Shown here in pieces: positions 41,537-50,405 of a stretch of DNA of 64,000 nt. Position 1 is the first letter of the stretch, and each line of letters opens with the position of its first letter. The stretch comes from a virus (taxonomy: Duplodnaviria > Caudoviricetes). Both the position numbers and the translations under genes were made by a program. Location: positions 204,813-268,812 of IMG/VR virus record IMGVR_UViG_3300029288_000060; one strand, given 5' to 3'. Below the pieces are notes generated by a model that was given only the letters and a program-made list of their open reading frames with translations, was not told where the DNA came from and ran no database searches.

Positions 41537-42691
41537 ATGGAAAAAAGAAATGTGCCTTTATCAAGATTATGGATTGATAAAAATGAATTAATCGAAGTCA
41601 AAAAAGTTTTAGAAACTGGATGGTTGACAAAAGGTCCTAAAAATTTAGAATTAGAAAAAATGGTATCTGAATATTTGGGTGTAAAACATGTTGTATGTAC
41701 TTCCTCTTGTACTACAGCTTTACATTTAGCAATTGCGTCATTAGGTATTATTACTAAACAAGGTGAAGAAGATGAAATATTGGTAGCAGATTATACATAT
41801 CCAGCAACTGGTCACGCTGTTAAATATTGCGGTTTAAAACCAGTTTTTGTTGATATTGATAAGAAGACTTATAATATGGATTACAAAGATTTAAAGAAAA
41901 AAATAAATAAAAAAAGAACCAGAGCAATAATTGTTGTACATACCTTTGGTCAGTCTGCAGACATGGAAAAGATTATGAAAATTGCTAACAAGAAAAATAT
42001 TCCAGTAATTGAAGATGCAGCGTGCGCTTTAGGATCTAAATTTAAAGGACAATATTGTGGAACAATAGGAAAGATTGGATGTTTTTCAATGCATGCTACA
42101 AAAGGTGTAGCGACTGGAGAAGGCGGACTTTTAGTAACCAATGATGATGATATTGCTATAAGAGCAAGGAGTCTTGGTTCATTTGGTTTAAATACTTGGA
42201 ATAGAGAAATAAGTAAAGAGTTTAATATTCCAGTATTTGAAAATATAGGTTTTAACTATAAAATGAGTGATTTATCTGCTGCAGTTGGTATAGCTCAATT
42301 TAAAAAATTAGGTAAAATTATTAAAAAGAAAAATGCTCTTGCTAGATATTGGAATAAAAGATTAAAAGAAATTGATTATATAGAAGCTCCATATATCAGA
42401 AAAGGAAAAGGAAACATACATAATTATCAAGGTTATAGTTGTTTGGTATCTCCAGTTGTTAATAGAAATAAATTAATCCAAGTATTAAAAGATTATGGTA
42501 TTCAATGTCAGATTGGTACTTATTGTTCTTATATTCAACCTTGTTATAATAATGAAGAAGACGAATGTTTTAATTCATTAGATGTATATAATAGATCTAT
42601 TAGGTTACCTATGTTTTATAAGCTAAAAAGATCTGATATTGATTATGTAATTGATATATTAAAAGAGATTAGAAGTCAGGTATTTATTTAA
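41537..42691 (+). CDS. DegT/DnrJ/EryC1/StrS sugar aminotransferase
   Basis: SSCTTALH, IEDAACALG, FSMHATK, GEGG, GFNYKM. Confidence 0.93.
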   Translation: MEKRNVPLSRLWIDKNELIEVKKVLETGWLTKGPKNLELEKMVSEYLGVKHVVCTSSCTTALHLAIASLGIITKQGEEDEILVADYTYPATGHAVKYCGLKPVFVDIDKKTYNMDYKDLKKKINKKRTRAIIVVHTFGQSADMEKIMKIANKKNIPVIEDAACALGSKFKGQYCGTIGKIGCFSMHATKGVATGEGGLLVTNDDDIAIRARSLGSFGLNTWNREISKEFNIPVFENIGFNYKMSDLSAAVGIAQFKKLGKIIKKKNALARYWNKRLKEIDYIEAPYIRKGKGNIHNYQGYSCLVSPVVNRNKLIQVLKDYGIQCQIGTYCSYIQPCYNNEEDECFNSLDVYNRSIRLPMFYKLKRSDIDYVIDILKEIRSQVFI

Positions 42692-42692
42692 A

Positions 42693-42867
42693 CAAAAAAA
42701 TATAAGGAGGCGGGCAGGGCTCTTTATATGAGCCCATCCCGCCTGATGGTTTGAGAGGCGGGAGACATCCTAGTCATCCCATTCTCTGGTGCGAACAGAG
42801 CAGTCGTTTATTCCATTGGACTTTTCGCACTCCTCAAGATTATCGACTCTTTTTAATTCCTCTCAAA
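42693..42867 (-). ncRNA. candidate structured small RNA with terminator
   Basis: Motif A at 42869; closing stem 42750-58/42859-67; GC hairpin 42708-42744 plus U-run; no substantial ORF. Confidence 0.5.
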
Positions 42868-42918
42868 AATTAATATATGTAATAGGTAATTTTATAATGA
42901 ATTTCTTCGAGGCTAAAA

Positions 42919-43851
42919 ATGAAAATTTTAGTTAGTGGGTCATGTGGATTTATCGGATTCCATCTTTGTAAAAAATTATTAGAATTAGGGCATGAAGTTA
43001 TTGGTATTGATAATTTTAATGATTATTATGATCCGCAAATAAAAAGTGATCGATATTTAAAATTAAATAATTGTGTTATACTTGGAAATATTGAGGATCC
43101 TAATACATATAGAGATATACCTAAAGTAGATTTAGTTATTCACTTAGCAGCTCAAGCTGGAGTAAGATATAGTCTAATTAATCCAGAATCATATATCCAA
43201 ACTAATATTTTAGGATCATTTAGATTAATAGATTTCGCTAAAAAATGTGAATGTGAAAGATTTATTTATGCATCATCTGCATCAGTATATGGAAAAAATC
43301 AAATTCCGTGGCATGAGGAAATGAATTTATTAGAACCAATTAGTTTATATGGAGCAACTAAAATATCCTTAGAATCTATAGCAGATTCATATTATGAAAT
43401 GTTTGGTTTAAAATCTGTTGGTTTAAGATTCTTTTCTGTTTATGGACCTTGGGGAAGACCAGATTTATCTTTATGGAAATGGACAGAAGGTATACTAAAA
43501 AATGAACCAATTAAGATTTTTAACTATGGAAAAAATAAAAGATCATGGACTTATATAGATGATTTAATTCCAGGTATAATTAAAACATTAACTTCTGAAG
43601 GAAATATCGAAAAATTTAATCTTGGTTCTGATAGATTGGTTGATATAGATTATTCAGTTACTTGCATAGAAAATTATTTAGGAATTAAAGCAAAAAAAGA
43701 ATACGAACCAATGCAGGATGGGGATATAGTTGAAGCAAATCCTGATTTAAATAAATCTAAAAAAATATTAGATTTTAATCCAGAAATAGAATTTGAAGAA
43801 GGTATTAAAAAATTCATAGATTGGTTTAAGGAGTATAAAAATTATGAATAA
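42919..43851 (+). CDS. UDP-glucuronate 4-epimerase-like SDR
   Basis: GSCGFIG, HLAAQAGVRYS, YGATK, VYGPWGRPD. Confidence 0.9.
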   Translation: MKILVSGSCGFIGFHLCKKLLELGHEVIGIDNFNDYYDPQIKSDRYLKLNNCVILGNIEDPNTYRDIPKVDLVIHLAAQAGVRYSLINPESYIQTNILGSFRLIDFAKKCECERFIYASSASVYGKNQIPWHEEMNLLEPISLYGATKISLESIADSYYEMFGLKSVGLRFFSVYGPWGRPDLSLWKWTEGILKNEPIKIFNYGKNKRSWTYIDDLIPGIIKTLTSEGNIEKFNLGSDRLVDIDYSVTCIENYLGIKAKKEYEPMQDGDIVEANPDLNKSKKILDFNPEIEFEEGIKKFIDWFKEYKNYE

Positions 43852-44308
43852 CTTTATAAAAGATTGCGATTCATTAAATGCTCCAGAATTAGCCTATTTT
43901 GTTTTACATAATAAAATTAAAAGAATTGGTGGCAGAGAAGCTAATCATATCGCTCGTTTAATAAATGGAATTGAAATTGACTTAAGGATACCTGAAAAAG
44001 AGATGAAAATATTAATGGCTTTGAAAAAAGTTGAAATGCGTTCATCTTGTGAAGGCAGTGAAAATTATGGACCATTTTTTATTTTTAGATTTGTTGATAA
44101 TAAAGATAAAAAATTTATAAATTCATTTTGTGATTATATGATGTATAAAGATTCATCAACTCTTTCTAAATTTGGAATGGGAAGAATGAATGAATATAGA
44201 ATAATTGTTACTGGTAATTTTTTAAAAGATTCAGTTACTAAAACTGAATATAATAATTGGTGGAAAAATGTAACAAAAAAAATGGAGCATTTTTGTAAGA
44301 ATAATTAA
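43844..44308 (+). CDS. hypothetical protein (EID...RSSCEG motif)
   Basis: 154-aa ORF with AAGGAG RBS. Confidence 0.65.
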   Translation: MNNFIKDCDSLNAPELAYFVLHNKIKRIGGREANHIARLINGIEIDLRIPEKEMKILMALKKVEMRSSCEGSENYGPFFIFRFVDNKDKKFINSFCDYMMYKDSSTLSKFGMGRMNEYRIIVTGNFLKDSVTKTEYNNWWKNVTKKMEHFCKNN

Positions 44309-44316
44309 TTGTATAA

Positions 44317-44645
44317 ACAAAAAAAAAGTGGGGGACGATATTCGATCATCCCCCTTATCGCAACCCGACCCGAACCATATTTAATGGATTATCTCCATGG
44401 AATTTTGGGGGGTTGCAATTTTTTAATAATCTCCCAGCGCAAGTTTTTCTTTTTGAGTAAAAGAGATCGGACTGACGTCGCTGGGAGTGCGCACCTTTTC
44501 ACATTGTCTGCTGGTTAGTACCTTAGCGAAGAAGAGGCCTTACTTTTGCCAGCATTCAAAAGTACTTCTTTCGTTTCTGGTTTTCAGAGTTTCTCAAGCT
44601 CCTAGAACAGAAATTCAGTACCGACCTTACCTTCTTTCTATTCAT
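44317..44645 (-). ncRNA. candidate ~320-nt multi-hairpin ncRNA
   Basis: Motif A at 44648; at least six stems; terminator hairpin 44330-44354 plus U-run. Confidence 0.5.
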
Positions 44646-44675
44646 AAATAAATATATATAAAGGATCATTTAATA

Positions 44676-45752
44676 ATGAAAAAAATTGTTACTATTATTG
44701 GAGCAAGGCCGCAGTTTATAAAAGCCTCTGTAATATCGAATTTAATAAAATATAGAGATGATATAGAAGAAGTAATAATTCATACTGGTCAACATTTTAA
44801 TGAACTAATGTCTGATATTTTCTTTAAAGATTTAAATATACCTGAACCGAAATATAATCTCAACATTTCTAGTTTGTCGCATGGTGCTATGACTGGGAGA
44901 ATGATATCTGACATTGAGGTGGTATTAAATATTGAAAAACCAGATTTAGTTCTAGTATATGGAGATACTAATTCAACTTTAGCAGGAGCATTAGCTTCTA
45001 GTAAACTTGGTATTCCAATTGCGCATGTTGAAGCTGGGCTTAGATCATTTAATAAAAAAATGCCAGAAGAGATAAATAGAAAACTAACTGATCATGTTTC
45101 TGATTATTTATTTTGTCCCACTATAAAATCCTTAGAAAATTTAAAAAATGAAGGAATAATCAGTAACGTAGAATTAGTTGGTGATATTATGTATGATTCC
45201 TTTCTTAATAACCAAAAACGAGACAAAAATTGTTTAGAAAGTATAAATTTAAAATCAAAAGAATTTTGTTTATTAACTTTGCATAGGCAAGAAAACACAG
45301 AAAATTATAATAAAATTTGTGAGTTATTAAATGCAATTAATATTATTTCTAATGAAAATAATTATAAAACTATATTTCCTATGCATCCAAGGATTGTTAA
45401 ATTTCTAGAAAAAAATAATTATGACTTTTCTAAAAATAAAGATATTTACTTTATTGCTCCATTATCTTATTTAGATATGATTTGCTTAGAAATAAATTCA
45501 AAACTTATTTTTACAGATTCTGGCGGAATTCAAAAAGAAGCATATTGGGCAAAAACTCCTTGTATAACTTTACGAGAAGAAACAGAATGGGTTGAATTAT
45601 TAGATACAGAAATGAATGTATTAACGGGATTAAATAATGAAAAAATAAAATCAGAATTTCTTAATTTTGAAACTAAATATTTGAATTTTAGTAATCCTTT
45701 ATATGGTGATGGGAAAACTGGACAAAAAATTTTAGAAACCATAACTAAATAA
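44676..45752 (+). CDS. wecB: non-hydrolysing UDP-GlcNAc 2-epimerase (WecB/WbpI-like)
   Basis: GARPQFIK, HTGQH, VYGDTNST, HVEAGLRS, TDSGGIQKEA. Confidence 0.93.
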   Translation: MKKIVTIIGARPQFIKASVISNLIKYRDDIEEVIIHTGQHFNELMSDIFFKDLNIPEPKYNLNISSLSHGAMTGRMISDIEVVLNIEKPDLVLVYGDTNSTLAGALASSKLGIPIAHVEAGLRSFNKKMPEEINRKLTDHVSDYLFCPTIKSLENLKNEGIISNVELVGDIMYDSFLNNQKRDKNCLESINLKSKEFCLLTLHRQENTENYNKICELLNAINIISNENNYKTIFPMHPRIVKFLEKNNYDFSKNKDIYFIAPLSYLDMICLEINSKLIFTDSGGIQKEAYWAKTPCITLREETEWVELLDTEMNVLTGLNNEKIKSEFLNFETKYLNFSNPLYGDGKTGQKILETITK

Positions 45753-45798
45753 AAACAAAAAAACAGGTTGCCCTGTTTTTTCCTTCATGTGGAAGATA

Positions 45799-45939
45799 TT
45801 ACTTATCTGTTTTTTCTTCCACTCTGAAGATGTTCACGGCCCTTGTATCAGGCGGATAGACACGGTTTAGAAATTTTATAAACTCTTTCAGATCTGTGTT
45901 TGTTCCCGAGTATGATACTATCAATCCTCTTTCTTCCAT
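45799..45939 (-). CDS. 46-aa small protein not in ORF track (MEERGLIVSYSGTNTDLKEF...)
   Basis: AAGGAGG RBS, ATG at 45939, TAA at 45801-45799, followed by hairpins. Confidence 0.6.
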   Translation of the reverse strand: MEERGLIVSYSGTNTDLKEFIKFLNRVYPPDTRAVNIFRVEEKTDK

Positions 45940-45959
45940 TTGTTTCCTCCTTTTTATAA

Positions 45960-46035
45960 GTTAGGAAATGGGGTAGGATTCGAACCTATAGCCTCCGGAG
46001 CTTTCTCAAGACACCTATTGTCTCCCATTCCTAAC
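45960..46035 (-). ncRNA. tRNA-like element lacking a canonical anticodon arm
   Basis: 12-bp closing stem, D-like arm AGAC-AATAGGT-GTCT, T arm TAGG-TTCGAAT-CCTA. Confidence 0.55.
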
Positions 46036-46040
46036 ATTTG

Positions 46041-46415
46041 TTATATAAAATTTTCAAGTTCTTTTATCCATTTTCTTGGAAGTCGTCTTACTACTTTTAC
46101 AACTTTTTTGTTAAATATTATCTTGATAATTCTAAATCTTTTTCCTTTTCCTACTGGTATGAAAAATAAAGATCTAATGTTGGTAATCCAATAACCTCGT
46201 TTTTTATGATGATACCAATGTGAGTTATATCCAATAAATGGAATATGATAGCTCTTTAAAAAAGCCTTCACATCTATTAATCCACCTTTTACTATAAATG
46301 GAGAATCATCTGAAGTTTTAGGATAAATAAAAGCTATAGTATATGGGTTTACATCTACCCAGCTTCTTTTTATGTTATATTCAAATTCCTTTCTGACCTT
46401 CAGCTTCATGCTCAT
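46041..46415 (-). CDS. hypothetical basic protein
   Basis: GGAGG RBS; downstream of motif A and a structured leader. Confidence 0.6.
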   Translation of the reverse strand: MSMKLKVRKEFEYNIKRSWVDVNPYTIAFIYPKTSDDSPFIVKGGLIDVKAFLKSYHIPFIGYNSHWYHHKKRGYWITNIRSLFFIPVGKGKRFRIIKIIFNKKVVKVVRRLPRKWIKELENFI

Positions 46416-46706
46416 AAGACCTCCATGATTTTTATAGTATTAGAAAGGGCATAGATGGACGTCACTACTTATTTAACTTCATGACGCCCATCTATTTTAG
46501 GTTTTCGTTTTACGATTCATTATTTATCCGTATAACCTTGCCCAAATTTCTGATCTTTATGGGATATTATTATAAATAATATCCCTTCAAAACTAATACA
46601 ACTAACCCACTCTTTTCATATATTAATATATATAGCATGATAAACTAAACTTAAAAATTTAATTGTTTTAAGAATGATTGAACAAAAAATAAAAGAGGAT
46701 TTTTAT

Positions 46707-47390
46707 ATGAGTTATCCACAAAACCCTGAAACATTAGTAATAAAAAATGAATACTATCCATCAGGTTTATCCGAAATAAACGTATGGAATTATTATCAAA
46801 AAGTTAAAAATCAATTATTAAAAGAAACAATTGGTAAAAGTTTAATTATCTTTTTTTCTATTGATTTAAACAAATTTACAGTTATTAGAAAACAACAGTC
46901 AAAAGGGTTAATAAGATTAACTCCTTCAAATTACAATACAATTGTTAGTGGCAGAACAATTAGCTTTCATAATGTAATGGGTAAATATTCTAATTATGGC
47001 ATTATAGATATAGATACAGATAATTTTAATAAAGCTAAAGATTTAGTTTTAGAACTATATGATTTATTTGATAAACAAAAATTTGTTAGTGATATTAAAA
47101 TAATATTTACTGGTAAAAATTCCTTTCATTTAAGAACATATTTCAATGCTGAATATAAAATTGAATATATTAAACAAACATTATTTGATGTTTTACAAGG
47201 TGTTAAATTACAGAATCCATTTACAGTAAGAGCCAGAAGAATAAAAGATATACCAAATTTAGACTTACAAAGAAATATTTATAACGCTGGACATATTGCT
47301 TTACACTCATTGAGTGTTGATGGACTTAAAGTTATAGAAGTTAAACAAAAAAATATAAAATTTTTTAGAAAAGAAGATACAAAAATTTAA
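46707..47390 (+). CDS. AEP primase-polymerase (LigD polymerase-domain-like), stand-alone
   Basis: IIDIDTD, FTGKNSFHL, N-terminal P...YP.GL....WNYY; start at ATG 46707 behind GAGGA. Confidence 0.7.
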   Translation: MSYPQNPETLVIKNEYYPSGLSEINVWNYYQKVKNQLLKETIGKSLIIFFSIDLNKFTVIRKQQSKGLIRLTPSNYNTIVSGRTISFHNVMGKYSNYGIIDIDTDNFNKAKDLVLELYDLFDKQKFVSDIKIIFTGKNSFHLRTYFNAEYKIEYIKQTLFDVLQGVKLQNPFTVRARRIKDIPNLDLQRNIYNAGHIALHSLSVDGLKVIEVKQKNIKFFRKEDTKI

Positions 47391-47431
47391 TGAAAAAACA
47401 AGAATTTAACTTGTAAATTCTTGTTTTTTCA
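47391..47431. terminator. bidirectional terminator
   Basis: 18-bp inverted repeat tgaaaaaacaagaattta/taaattcttgttttttca between convergent genes. Confidence 0.8.
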
Positions 47432-47435
47432 TTTA

Positions 47436-48116
47436 TTAATAAAATAATGATGTTTCCCTTCTTTGATCAATACTACATTCATCCTCCCAGAAATCATCAA
47501 CAAGTTCTTCATAGAGTTTTCTGTCTTGTTCTTTAATTTCCTTTGTCAATATACTCCTTGATTTTATTAACTTTGATTGGTTCCGCCGGACCCATTTTTT
47601 GAATGGTTTCCAACTCACCTCGATTACTGAATCATAGTAAGAGGTAACTTTTCTTATAAATCCAACGCGTTGTTTTTGCCATAAGCTGAAGGCTTTACCA
47701 AAGTCTAGATCAAGCACTTCTATCGTAGCATTTCTCATGGCTAGTTGCAAAAGATCATAAAATGGACCAACTTTTTTTCCATGTTTAGTGGGATAATATT
47801 TTGTCATATAATCAAGACTTGGATGATTATAAATATTTTCTAAAGGTTTTTTGACCTCTCGACCTGTTTGTTTGACCCTACTTATAATTTCTACTACAAA
47901 TCCTACATCAAAGGAATTAACTACTTCTTTTGAAATTAAGGATGAACTTACCGGAGGCCTAGTATCCACAATTGGCTCGACTGTTATTAAATCAGAGCAA
48001 CCAAGTCTTTTCTTGACATGAATTACTTTACCTGTTATCTCAGCTCCAGAGCTGTAGTGTGGTAATGATACTTTAACGATATCACCAAGACAAATGATTT
48101 TACAAATTTGACTCAT
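47436..48116 (-). CDS. hypothetical protein
   Basis: 226-aa ORF, GGGAGG RBS. Confidence 0.65.
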   Translation of the reverse strand: MSQICKIICLGDIVKVSLPHYSSGAEITGKVIHVKKRLGCSDLITVEPIVDTRPPVSSSLISKEVVNSFDVGFVVEIISRVKQTGREVKKPLENIYNHPSLDYMTKYYPTKHGKKVGPFYDLLQLAMRNATIEVLDLDFGKAFSLWQKQRVGFIRKVTSYYDSVIEVSWKPFKKWVRRNQSKLIKSRSILTKEIKEQDRKLYEELVDDFWEDECSIDQRRETSLFY

Positions 48117-48127
48117 ATTTCCTCCCT

Positions 48128-48313
48128 TTAATAATATCCGCCGACTCTTCGTTTGTTATACTCTTCAAGGTCAACCTTGTCATATTCTACTACAAGGTAT
48201 AAAGTATGTTCGCCTTCCACTGTTATAGACTTTTCAACATTTAGAGTTCCACCTTCTTTCTGAACTAATTCAAAAAGAAGGACTAAGTTTTCAGCATTTA
48301 TTATTTTTTTCAC
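48128..48313 (-). CDS. hypothetical protein
   Basis: GTG start behind AAGGAG. Confidence 0.55.
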   Translation of the reverse strand: MKKIINAENLVLLFELVQKEGGTLNVEKSITVEGEHTLYLVVEYDKVDLEEYNKRRVGGYY

Positions 48314-48329
48314 TTTATCTCCTTTTTAG

Positions 48330-48611
48330 TTAAATAAACCCATCATGAGTATAATAACAAATCATGACGTTATCAAGGTTTCCATGTGGACAATTTCCTT
48401 GAATAGTAATAAGGTCAGTTATTTGGTTTTTTGCAATTCCGGTAAGTTTTGTATCACTTGGGTATTGTTGAAGGATTGTAATTAATTCTCCAACAGTTCT
48501 TTGTTTGGGAACCATCTGATCCATTTTTTCGATTTCTTTGATATTACATACTTCACATTTTTCATCCCTAAAACAAAAGAATCTATCTGATTTTTTACAT
48601 ATTATTGACAT
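48330..48611 (-). CDS. hypothetical protein
   Basis: AAGGAG RBS; TVGELI..LQQYP motif. Confidence 0.6.
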   Translation of the reverse strand: MSIICKKSDRFFCFRDEKCEVCNIKEIEKMDQMVPKQRTVGELITILQQYPSDTKLTGIAKNQITDLITIQGNCPHGNLDNVMICYYTHDGFI

Positions 48612-48661
48612 GGTAATTTCTCCTTATTTAAAATAAAATTTGTTTAAAATAAAAAAAGGGA

Positions 48662-48988
48662 TCACTCCCTTTCTTTTGTTATCGTTTCGATTTCGGTACT
48701 AATCTTTTTGAACAGGTTATCCCCACCTTTATAACGATGGAAGATTTCTTCTAGATCTGGTATAAACGTCGGATCTTTTTCGACGCCATTTTTTAGAAGT
48801 ATTAACGCTTCTCTTACCATTGAATAGAACTTTTTTTCTGTATCGGCTTCTATGGCTTCCAGAGTGTGTTCATGAGCTTTGAGAAATTTCTCCTTAACCA
48901 TAGCGTATGTTAGAATGAAGAGGATGATATTATATCCTCTGGCGTATATTCTCTTTAATCCCCGCCAAAATTTTTTTAATAAATTCAT
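48662..48988 (-). CDS. hypothetical protein
   Basis: AAGGAGG RBS. Confidence 0.6.
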   Translation of the reverse strand: MNLLKKFWRGLKRIYARGYNIILFILTYAMVKEKFLKAHEHTLEAIEADTEKKFYSMVREALILLKNGVEKDPTFIPDLEEIFHRYKGGDNLFKKISTEIETITKERE

Positions 48989-49005
48989 CCTTTCCTCCTT
49001 TTAAA

Positions 49006-49287
49006 TTAGCCGTGAGCAGCGATTAAGAATTTACCGTTGCGTCCATCGTCATAATAAACTTGTCGAGTTTTGTGGACGATCGAATGGAAGACAACAAGAT
49101 AGGCCCAAACTGCCATAGGGCCAGTAAGAATTACCTCTTGTTTATCAATTTCCAATTTTGCTATGTTACGACCTACAATATTAATCGCTTTATCTACAGG
49201 CGTTATCAGGTTTAATCTTCCAGCAACTTCTATAATAACACATCCCGCATATAATTCTGTATTTTCTAAACCAAGATTGATAAACAT
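49006..49287 (-). CDS. Csx3/Crn3-like putative cyclic-oligoadenylate ring nuclease
   Basis: VILTGPMAVW....FH...H.T..V...DGRNG......H aligns by eye with recalled Csx3 core VVISGRGPIW....AH...HT..V...DPRLG......H. Confidence 0.6.
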   Translation of the reverse strand: MFINLGLENTELYAGCVIIEVAGRLNLITPVDKAINIVGRNIAKLEIDKQEVILTGPMAVWAYLVVFHSIVHKTRQVYYDDGRNGKFLIAAHG

Positions 49288-49526
49288 GTTAATCCTCCCC
49301 TTTATATATTATAGGATATTATAAATAATATCCTTTCATTCAAAAGAGTAGAGAACTGGCGCGGGTTCTCTACATTGGACTTTAGCACCTACCTCGTAAG
49401 GCTGGTATCCACATCCACTTATTGTTCTTGGCGGGAATAACCTCAGACGTTAACCATTCACGTTCAGGTGAACTAGTTTTCTTAGGTAACTAGTAACCTT
49501 AACTAAAATTAAAATAACCCTACCAC

Positions 49527-49674
49527 TTTCAAATATTAATATATGTAGTAAATTGGGTTATATTGAATTATTTTTAGAACAAAATATAAATTTAAACAAA
49601 AAAGCTGTGGACTCGAACCACCCTCAAAAAATGATACACCTTTACTTTTCAAATATTAATATATGTAGTAAATT
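49527..49674. repeat. 28-bp direct repeat containing motif A (49527-49554, 49647-49674)
   Basis: tttcaaatattaatatatgtagtaaatt twice. Confidence 0.85.
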
Positions 49675-49682
49675 AAAATACA

Positions 49683-50396
49683 ATGAAAGGAGTAATAATG
49701 CTAACATTTGGAGTTTTAGGAAGTGGGTATATCTTTGAAAAACATAAACAAGCAATTGAAAAGATAGGTGGGAGAATAGTAAATATATATGATCCTCTCT
49801 TATCTAATCTACAAAAACCTGAACATTTATTTGAATATGAATTTGATTGGTTAGTTATATGTAGTCCGAGTAATACTCATTATAATTATTTGAAAATGGG
49901 TTTGGAAAATGACAAGAATATTATTTGTGAAAAACCTACTTGGTTACCTTGGCAGATGCCAATAGATGATGATAGAATAAATGTTGTTTTACAATATAGA
50001 TATTTAGAAAATTTGCCACAAGAAACAGTTAAAATTAGAATGGTTAGAGATGAAAAATATTTAAATTCCAGTAAGGGAAACACAAAAATTACTGGGGGAA
50101 TATGGTATAATCTTTTTATCCATGGTCTTGATTTAGCTTTAAAATTAAATGTAGATTTTGAAGGAATGATTGCTACAGAAGGAAAACAAGAAAGAATGGT
50201 TGGGGATTTTGATTTGAATTCCGTTGATATGGATACTTTATATGTTGAAATGTACAAAAAAATAATTTTTGAAAATAAAGGAATTAAGCCTCAAGACGTA
50301 ATGTTTTTGCATTGGTGGTTACAACATCATAGTAATATACATGGGTATGGAAAAGATATGTTAAATAAAACTATCTATATAAAAAAAGAATTTTAA
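49683..50396 (+). CDS. Gfo/Idh/MocA oxidoreductase (WbpB/WlbA-like, short)
   Basis: LGSGYI..KH, ICSPSNTH, ICEKP, LQYRY, GG.WYNLFIH..D. Confidence 0.8.
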   Translation: MKGVIMLTFGVLGSGYIFEKHKQAIEKIGGRIVNIYDPLLSNLQKPEHLFEYEFDWLVICSPSNTHYNYLKMGLENDKNIICEKPTWLPWQMPIDDDRINVVLQYRYLENLPQETVKIRMVRDEKYLNSSKGNTKITGGIWYNLFIHGLDLALKLNVDFEGMIATEGKQERMVGDFDLNSVDMDTLYVEMYKKIIFENKGIKPQDVMFLHWWLQHHSNIHGYGKDMLNKTIYIKKEF

Positions 50397-50405
50397 TAAG
50401 GAGTT

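Noticed and set aside
44309-44518. 69-aa plus-strand ORF from the track
   Set aside because: TTG start without RBS; runs through a terminator and stable hairpins; better explained as ncRNA on the other strand.
46480-46545. Hammerhead ribozyme or c-di-GMP riboswitch in the 46.5-kb leader
   Set aside because: Required cores (CUGANGA...GAAA; GGCAAAC...GAAA) are not properly present.
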